In this document: positions 57,644 to 64,000 of the stretch, in pieces
Layout: the number at the start of each line of letters is the position of its first letter
How positions within the stretch are numbered: position 1 is the first letter of the stretch
Source of the DNA: an uncultured Gammaproteobacteria bacterium
GTDB lineage: Bacteria > Patescibacteriota > Microgenomatia > Levybacterales > UBA12049
Assembly: GCA_964474445.1 (NCBI GenBank)
Contig: CAYYSJ010000006.1
Location: 14,213-78,212 of the forward strand
Reading direction: 5' to 3'
DNA: 64,000 nucleotides
Notes under the pieces: model-generated
Told to the model about the DNA's origin: nothing
The model's input: the letters and a program-made list of their open reading frames with translations, nothing else
Database searches by the model: none
Position numbers and translations under genes: made by a program

Positions 57644-58213
57644 ATGAGGAAAGTGTTTTTATTTATGATGACTTCCCTCGACGGATATATTGAAGGGCCA
57701 GACCATGATTTGTCATGGCACAATGTCGATGATGAGTTTAATAAATTTGCTGCAGAACAAATGGGTGAGGCCGGTACTATTATATTTGGTCGTCGAACAT
57801 ATCAATTGATGGAAAGCTTTTGGCCAACAAAGGCAGGACTAGAGGAAGATCCAGTAGTGGCAAAATATATGAATGAAGCACAAAAGGTTATTTTTTCTCA
57901 TACATTAGAAAGCGTTACAGAAACAGAAATTTGGAAAAATGTTCGGTTGGTGAGAAGCAATGTTGCACAAGAAGTTGCAAAACTCAAAGAACAATTAGGA
58001 AAAGATATTGTTGTGCTTGGAAGTAATAATTTTTGTGTCACACTGTTGGAATTAGGTTTACTTGATGAAGCTCGTATTATGGTTAATCCTGTTGTAATAG
58101 GTAGGGGGACGCCACTCTTTGTAGGTATAAAAGAAAAAGTAAAATTTGAACTTCTCAAAACAAGAAATTTTCAAAACGGGAATATCCTTCTTACCTACGA
58201 CGTCATAAGTTAA
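57644..58213 (+). CDS. Dihydrofolate reductase-like protein (RibD C-terminal domain family)
   Basis: MRKVFLFMMTSLDGYIEGPDHDLSWH...IIFGRRTYQLM...VLGSNNFCVTLLELGLLDEARIMVNPVVIGRGTPLF. Confidence 0.7.
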   Translation: MRKVFLFMMTSLDGYIEGPDHDLSWHNVDDEFNKFAAEQMGEAGTIIFGRRTYQLMESFWPTKAGLEEDPVVAKYMNEAQKVIFSHTLESVTETEIWKNVRLVRSNVAQEVAKLKEQLGKDIVVLGSNNFCVTLLELGLLDEARIMVNPVVIGRGTPLFVGIKEKVKFELLKTRNFQNGNILLTYDVIS

Positions 58214-58219
58214 AAATTT

Positions 58220-58489
58220 CTATCTTCCGAAAAGCTTCCTTAATTCATTTTTTGCCTCTTCTAAAATTTCTCTTTTTTCAGATGTAAGGTTTTTTCCTGC
58301 ACGATTGATATAAAAATTAAGCATGCTCATAGCTGACTGAAATGGAGAAGCCTTTCTTCTTGTGCTCGTTTCTGCGGAGTGTTTCAGGCTTTGAGCAATT
58401 TTCTTTGGACTCTTCCACGTAAATACTCCTTCATCTAAATCTAGAGCTCTGCTTGTTTTGGTAATCTCTGCAGACCATCGAGTTTTCAT
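58220..58489 (-). CDS. DUF3175-family small protein
   Basis: WSAEITKTSRALDLDEGVFTWKSPKKIAQSLKHSAETSTRRKASPFQSAMSMLNFYINRAGKNL matches my memory of the DUF3175 consensus. Confidence 0.55.
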   Translation of the reverse strand: MKTRWSAEITKTSRALDLDEGVFTWKSPKKIAQSLKHSAETSTRRKASPFQSAMSMLNFYINRAGKNLTSEKREILEEAKNELRKLFGR

Positions 58490-58555
58490 AAAAATATTGT
58501 ACTACGCATGAGTAATAAGAGTAAGGTTGTGTCAAAAACATATTGAAATCTTACA

Positions 58556-58954
58556 ATGGAAGAATATAATAGAAATATGCTGAATTTTAATTCTATTCTT
58601 CTCTTCTCCGAAAATCCCGAAGCACTTGCAGATTTTTATAAAAGTGTTTTTGAAAAAAATCCGGATATGGTTGGAGATGGCTATTTTGGCTTTATGGTGG
58701 GGAGTGGATTTTTTACTATTGGCCCTCATGATAAAGTAAAAGGGGAAAATTCGAATCCAGAACGGGTTCTCCTAAATTTTGAGGCAGAAGATGTACAGCA
58801 GGAATTTGAAAGAATAAAAAATTTGGGAGCAACAGTGATTGCAGAGCCTTATCAGCCCTCAGAATCAGAAGAAGAGATGTGGATAGCAACATTTGCAGAT
58901 CCTGATAATAATTACTTTCAGCTCATGTCCCCATGGAAGCAACCAAGCAACTGA
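58556..58954 (+). CDS. Glyoxalase/VOC-family protein
   Basis: βαβββ-like pattern ILLFSENPEALADFYKSVF ... GFMVGSGFFTIGPH ... GATVIAEP. Confidence 0.55.
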   Translation: MEEYNRNMLNFNSILLFSENPEALADFYKSVFEKNPDMVGDGYFGFMVGSGFFTIGPHDKVKGENSNPERVLLNFEAEDVQQEFERIKNLGATVIAEPYQPSESEEEMWIATFADPDNNYFQLMSPWKQPSN

Positions 58955-59515
58955 TTATTCACACCCTGCTTTTTCTCCTCTTGTAATAAGCTGATAAAGA
59001 GTTTGAACAGTCCAACCATTATTTTGTGCTAGGAGCCTATGTCCACAAAGACTGGTTGTTTTATATACATCAGGTCCCAATGACAACACAGTATCATAGT
59101 CTGCAAGTGCCTTTTGCTTATCTTTGAGATAATAGTAATTGTATATGTCTCCTCGATTCATCAAGGCGTTGACATATGCAGGTCGAATCTGAATAGCAGC
59201 ATCCAAATCTGGTAAAGCTTTACTATATTGGTGCATTCTCATATAGGTATATGCCCTATTGTTATATGCTTCAGCAAAATTTGGATTGGCTTGCAAAGCT
59301 TGTGTATAGTCGACAATTGCCTTGAGGCAATCGCCTATATCATAGTCATAATTTCCTTGATCAAAGTAGTCTTGAGCTGTCGTGACTTGAGTTGGTGGTT
59401 TGTTAGTGGTTATATGCGTCTTAATGCATTGCGTGTCTTGCTGCGATGTTTTTAAGCTAATAACGACTCCGCCTCCAATGATAAAAAGAATACATAACAA
59501 AACAACATACCTCAT
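58955..59515 (-). CDS. Secreted/lipo- TPR-repeat protein
   Basis: Signal MRYVVLLCILFIIGGGVV; TPR repeats (AIVDYTQALQANPNFAEAYNNRAYTYMRMHQYSKAL...). Confidence 0.6.
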   Translation of the reverse strand: MRYVVLLCILFIIGGGVVISLKTSQQDTQCIKTHITTNKPPTQVTTAQDYFDQGNYDYDIGDCLKAIVDYTQALQANPNFAEAYNNRAYTYMRMHQYSKALPDLDAAIQIRPAYVNALMNRGDIYNYYYLKDKQKALADYDTVLSLGPDVYKTTSLCGHRLLAQNNGWTVQTLYQLITRGEKAGCE

Positions 59516-59739
59516 AAGATTTTATTCTAGTCTCCAGGAGAAGACTATCTATATACTATATATAGTATAGTCAGGTTTTTGCAAAAAGAGTACATGCACT
59601 TTATACTTATGTTATGAAAAGAAAAAGAGTGAGAATAAAAAGTAAGCAGTTACAAAAACTTCTAGAAAAAGGAGAGAGACAAGAAGTTCGGAAGGATTTC
59701 TTTGAACTTCTTCGCCGTGCAGCTAATCATACCCCTGTT

Positions 59740-60210
59740 TCATCTTGAGGTATCTTGTTTCTGGACCACTTTAAATTCAAATGTGTTAAAGAATGTCCAT
59801 TTAATAACTTCTTCAGATTCAGTCAATAGGTCTCCATTGTTCAATCTCATTAAATCTTTTATGTTTTTATACATTCTCCATGCAGTTTTATATGTAACTT
59901 CTAGTTCTTGTTGCAATTGGCGGATAGAAATTTTTGCGCGTGTATGTGTCATAAGAAACATACAGAAAAACCACAAGCGAAGCGGTGTTGTCGTTTTCTC
60001 GAAGATAGTTCCAACAAGTGGATATACCTGATGTCTACAATATTCACATGCATATGCGTTGCGTTTTTCCACTTTATAATGTTTGGTTATCCTGTTACAA
60101 AGAGGACATTCTATGCCCTTTGGATAGCGGAGTTTTTTTACTTCTTCCAGGCATGATTCATCAGAAGGGAATTGTTTTAAAAAATCTGAGAAAGTAAATG
60201 GCCGAATCAT
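59740..60210 (-). mobile_element. IS1595-family transposase, N-terminal zinc-ribbon/HTH fragment (DDE domain missing)
   Basis: FPSDESCLEEVKKLRYPKGIECPLCNRITKHYKVEKRNAYACEYCRHQVYPLVGTIFEKTTTPLRLWFFCMFLMTHTRAKISIRQLQQELEVTYKTAWRMYKNIKDLM matches the IS1595/ISXO2 N-terminal domain; ORF stops after 156 aa with no DDE-like frame downstream. Confidence 0.6.
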
Positions 60211-60349
60211 AAAAATATTATATTGAATTTATTTACGTGTTTTCAAGGGATAACTAGTTAAATTGCTTGTTGACGACTTTTCAAGTTTTTGTTTACTATT
60301 GTAATAGATACAATTTAGTATCTGTTAGTCTTTATACTATTTAATATAT

Positions 60350-62638
60350 ATGAGAAATACAATTTCATTATTTGTTGATGGTGCAATAACACTTCTTCTC
60401 CTCGTTGTTGCTGGTCTTACCCCTCTTCTTTTCATTGGTCAGATGACAGAATTCTATGAAATGCCAAAACTGGCTTTTTTAGTTGTTAGTACAATATTAC
60501 TTCTTGGTCTTTGGATTTTCTCCTGGATTGTGAAAGGGAAAGTAAGTATCAATAGAACGCCTCTTGATATTCCATTGTTAGCATTATTAGTAGTTATTCT
60601 CGTTTCAACATACTTCAGTGTCTCCAAGCCAGTTGCTATTTTTGGTAACTTTCCGAAAGTACATGGATCAACTATTGCGTGGGTAACGTATATACTATTA
60701 TATTTTGTTACTGTATCCAATTTGCGATCTTTGAATAAAATAAAAAATTTTCTCTATGTTTTGTATGCAAGTGGAGTGGTAGTTGCAGTTCTCACAATCC
60801 TCTCATTCTTTAGTGTTTTTCTTCCTTTAGATTTTGCAAGAGCTGTTAATTTTACCCCAACTGGTTCATCCTTCTCAACTATTGCATTCTTGTTATTGCT
60901 ATTGCCATTACCATTGCTCTCTTTAGTTAATCCTAGTAAATATATGCCAATTCCAATGGCCACCATATTGGCAATACTCTTTGGTGTTACTATTGCTTTA
61001 ACTGGATCACTTCCAACGTATGTTGCACTGCTGCTTGTTGTTGCCCTGTGTGTTGTCGTTGCAAAGCCACAACATATCCGCAGAACTCTTCCATTGTTTG
61101 TCTTACCAATTGTTGCAACTGCATTGGCCTTAGCACTTGCGTACTTACCACTTCCAGGAAATAAAGTGCAAAAATTAGAAGCAAACTTCCCTAAAGAAGT
61201 ACAACTTCCTTTCTCAATATCATGGAAAATAAGTGCATCAGCTTTTAGAGATGGTCCATTCATTGGCTCAGGTCCTTCCTCCTATCTTTTCAACTTTACA
61301 AGTTACAAACCAGCAGAGTTCAATGCAACCAATCTTTGGAGCTTCTCATTTGATGCAGCCTACAACGAATTCTTGCAAGTCTTGGGTACCTTAGGAGTCT
61401 TTGGACTTGGTGCTGTAGTACTTTTTGTACTGGTTGTTTTGAATGTTACTAGAAAAAATATAGCTATGCACAGTGGAGAAGAAGATGAAAGTACTCGTAT
61501 AATGCTTCCATCTTTAGCAGTGAGTGGAATTATGTCTGTTGTCCTGCTTGCTATTCATGCGACGACACTTGTCTCTATTGTTGTTACATTTTTTGTGCTC
61601 GCAGCTTTCATGATGTCTCAAAGATCTATTAGAGAAAAAGTTATGGAATTATCCATGGGTCTTAAAGCATCAACAGCAGATGGATCACACTTTGACCTTT
61701 TCCCAGTTATTATTTTCATCCTTTTCCTTGTGGGGGCTGTACCTACTATGTATCAAACCTATACAACAGTTGCTGCAGACTACTATCATAGACAAGCTCT
61801 TGTCCAAGCAAATAAGAGTGGTACGGCAACATATCAGAACTTGCAAAAAGCAGAAACCCTTAACCCATACATTGACCTTTACAGAGTTGATATGGCGCAA
61901 ACTAATTTTGCCTTGGCAAATGCTCTTGCTGCTCAAAAAGGACCAACTCAAGCAAATCCAAATGGCTCTTTGACTGACCAAGATAAAGCAACGATTCAGA
62001 CCCTTCTTTCTCAAGCAATTGCTGAGGGAAGAGTAAGTGTAGCTCTCAATCCTCTTTCATCAAGAAATTGGGTAGTATTAGCATCAGTTTACAGAAATAT
62101 TAGTGGGGTTGCTCAAAACGCACTTGCATTTGCCCTTGATGCATATGGACGAGCAATCCAACTTGATCCTCTTAATCCTGCTCTTCGTGTAAGTGTTGGA
62201 GGAATTTACTACAGTGCTAAGAATTATCCTCTTGCAACAAGATATTTCACAGATGCAGCTAATTTGAAACCTGATTATGCAAACGCATACTACAATTTAG
62301 CTATAACATTACAAGATAGTAATGACCTTACTAATGCTGCTCTTGTTGCACAACAACTTGTTAACCTTGTCTCAAAAGATACACAAAGTCCTGACTATAA
62401 AACAGCGAATTCACTTCTTTCAGATCTGAAATCTAAATTAGCAAATGCTCAATCTCAACAGCAGACACAAGCAGGACAATTGCAATCCACGCCAACACAA
62501 TCAAATAGCGCATTGCAAAACCCAAATCTTCCTAATGTAACGACATTAAGTAATCCTCCACAGGTAACACCAGTACCAGCTGTAAAGCCAAATCCTAATG
62601 CAAACATCCCTCAGCTAAGTCCAGTACCTTCTAAATAA
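60350..62638 (+). CDS. Large polytopic membrane protein (O-antigen ligase-like region) with C-terminal TPR repeats and a Pro/Gln-rich tail
   Basis: About 12 TM helices; TPR-like YYNLAITLQDSNDLTNAALVAQQLV; tail NPPQVTPVPAVKPNPNANIPQLSPVPSK. Confidence 0.5.
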   Translation: MRNTISLFVDGAITLLLLVVAGLTPLLFIGQMTEFYEMPKLAFLVVSTILLLGLWIFSWIVKGKVSINRTPLDIPLLALLVVILVSTYFSVSKPVAIFGNFPKVHGSTIAWVTYILLYFVTVSNLRSLNKIKNFLYVLYASGVVVAVLTILSFFSVFLPLDFARAVNFTPTGSSFSTIAFLLLLLPLPLLSLVNPSKYMPIPMATILAILFGVTIALTGSLPTYVALLLVVALCVVVAKPQHIRRTLPLFVLPIVATALALALAYLPLPGNKVQKLEANFPKEVQLPFSISWKISASAFRDGPFIGSGPSSYLFNFTSYKPAEFNATNLWSFSFDAAYNEFLQVLGTLGVFGLGAVVLFVLVVLNVTRKNIAMHSGEEDESTRIMLPSLAVSGIMSVVLLAIHATTLVSIVVTFFVLAAFMMSQRSIREKVMELSMGLKASTADGSHFDLFPVIIFILFLVGAVPTMYQTYTTVAADYYHRQALVQANKSGTATYQNLQKAETLNPYIDLYRVDMAQTNFALANALAAQKGPTQANPNGSLTDQDKATIQTLLSQAIAEGRVSVALNPLSSRNWVVLASVYRNISGVAQNALAFALDAYGRAIQLDPLNPALRVSVGGIYYSAKNYPLATRYFTDAANLKPDYANAYYNLAITLQDSNDLTNAALVAQQLVNLVSKDTQSPDYKTANSLLSDLKSKLANAQSQQQTQAGQLQSTPTQSNSALQNPNLPNVTTLSNPPQVTPVPAVKPNPNANIPQLSPVPSK

Positions 62639-62880
62639 GTTTTCATAACAGTGCTAACACCTCTTATACGAACTAATATGCAAGTATTTCTAAATAGCTT
62701 TTGGTGAGACTTTCTAGGTTCAAGTATTACATGTTTTCTTAAGGACGGATAATAGTATTTCAAAAGGAGAATAGGATGGGGTTGAGAAATTAGCCTAAGA
62801 GATGTATAAATACAAGTTTTTTGAAGTATACCCTTCCTCTCATCTTTTCTCACTGCTTCATCTATCGGAGTACTTATTAT

Positions 62881-63960
62881 CTATAGTCCTTCAGAAGCGC
62901 TTTGTAGATCTTGAAGGTTGAGAGAATTTCCATTTATGCGTTTCATAATAGTATTTGCCAGCTCCAGTACTTGAGTAGGATCCGAAGCAAATTGGAGTGT
63001 CTCAAAGAGAATAAGATTTTTGCTATAAAATCCATCTCCATAGACACGATCTAATGTCTTTTCAAGCCGTTTCTCATCTTTAGCAAAATAAATATCTGCG
63101 AGTTCACTCTCAGGGATGATTTTGGTCATTTCAGAAATAATTTTGACATAAACAGGATATCCTAGATTAGTATCAACATGAAAATTATCTTTTATTGTTT
63201 GTCTAGCAAAATATTCGGTAAGTCCTTCTTCAAAAAAAGTACTGACAAATTGTTTATTGGGAATGTAACTTGCGTAGTGAAGATATTCATGAGCTACGGT
63301 CTCAAAATAGTTGGCAATGATATGAGTACCTTTACTTGTGACGACAATCTGTACATTGTTAGGTTGGAGAAAAAGGCCTAGCTCAAATGGAATGTTTGCT
63401 TTAGTTACTTGCATTACTTGTTTTTGAGCAGTAAAAAATTTTTGATAATATTCATAACTTGCTAGTTGTTCCTGGTCGTAACTTAATTGTTTTTGCCATG
63501 TGGTAAGATCATTCGTAGTTGTTTGCTGGATTGTTTCTTGATTGTCACGTATTCTTTGGCAGTAGTCTCTGCTGTTATAGTGTAGAAACTCATTCCCATT
63601 GTAATACCCAGCATTAATGCAGTCGGTGTATTGTTTCTCATTTTTTATGGATGTTTGATTAATAGCACTTTGTGTCGTTGTAATAAGATCTTTATCATAC
63701 TGAATATGTGCAGAGGTTGAACTGATATCTGATGCAATTGTTTTTAATTCATCACCGATTTTGCTAAGTTTCGCTGCATACTCGTCAGTTCGTGTTTTTT
63801 CGTATTCTGCTGGGGTCATAACTTGCACGTTAGGATATGCTTTGATTTTTCGTGTTGGGAAATACTGCTGTACCAACAGATTCCCAATAATAGGAGTGAT
63901 TTTTTGTAAGTCACCCCTACTTATTTTGGTTACAATAAGCGTATTATCAATAAGCAGCAT
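62881..63960 (-). CDS. Hypothetical protein with HExxH motif (zincin-like); true start may lie at or beyond the window edge
   Basis: ETVAHEYLHYASYIP ... FFEEGLTEYFA (HExxH plus downstream Glu). Confidence 0.45.
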   Translation of the reverse strand: MLLIDNTLIVTKISRGDLQKITPIIGNLLVQQYFPTRKIKAYPNVQVMTPAEYEKTRTDEYAAKLSKIGDELKTIASDISSTSAHIQYDKDLITTTQSAINQTSIKNEKQYTDCINAGYYNGNEFLHYNSRDYCQRIRDNQETIQQTTTNDLTTWQKQLSYDQEQLASYEYYQKFFTAQKQVMQVTKANIPFELGLFLQPNNVQIVVTSKGTHIIANYFETVAHEYLHYASYIPNKQFVSTFFEEGLTEYFARQTIKDNFHVDTNLGYPVYVKIISEMTKIIPESELADIYFAKDEKRLEKTLDRVYGDGFYSKNLILFETLQFASDPTQVLELANTIMKRINGNSLNLQDLQSASEGL

Positions 63961-64000
63961 ACTCGATGTGGGTTGAATAATTGGAAGTACTAAGAGACTT

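Noticed and set aside
59702-60031. 109-aa plus-strand ORF overlapping the IS1595 fragment
   Set aside because: Antisense to a recognisable transposase N-domain; no motif.

Overview
This 64-kb window is AT-rich bacterial chromosome and contains the replication-origin neighbourhood. dnaA and dnaN lie on the minus strand, divergent from rpmH-rnpA-yidD-yidC-jag on the plus strand, with DnaA boxes in both flanking intergenic regions. Between tRNA-Ser(GGA) at 888..975 and dnaN there is a roughly 15-kb Gram-positive-type type IV secretion (T4SS)-like cluster (2337..17686). It holds a VirB6-like polytopic membrane protein and a 1155-aa orphan protein. It also holds an NTPase-like plus OmpR-type winged-helix regulator and four tandem VirB2/TrbC-like pilin paralogues, the first fused to a Cys-rich domain. 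The remaining components are an HExxH membrane protein, an extended PrgI/VirB3-like protein, a VirB4 ATPase and a CHAP-domain cell-wall hydrolase. No relaxase, VirD4 coupling protein or integrase is visible. I judge this cluster the most likely candidate for the undescribed system. The middle of the window is housekeeping. It carries an envelope glycan ligase and flippase, rnhA, nth, pgk, fbp, gdhA, valS (with a promoter plus terminator-hairpin leader), rplY, ruvCAB, an orphan histidine kinase, purB/purA, and dnaG-rpoD. A second DnaA-box cluster sits in a 0.9-kb non-coding gap about 21 kb from dnaA. From tRNA-Asn(GTT) at 49698..49769 to a truncated IS1595-family transposase at 59740..60210 lies an accessory, island-like region. 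It contains small stress and detoxification-type genes (ArsR, two SRPBCC/AHSA1, three VOC/PhnB-like, DoxX, a DHFR-like protein, DUF3175, a cupredoxin-like protein) and a frameshifted DUF1801 gene. The gene content points to a reduced-genome Gram-positive-like lineage, possibly Patescibacteria/CPR; this is inference only. No CRISPR array and no rRNA were found. Coordinates for features not in the ORF track (tRNAs, rpmH, DnaA boxes, repeats) were read by eye and may be off by one or two bases.
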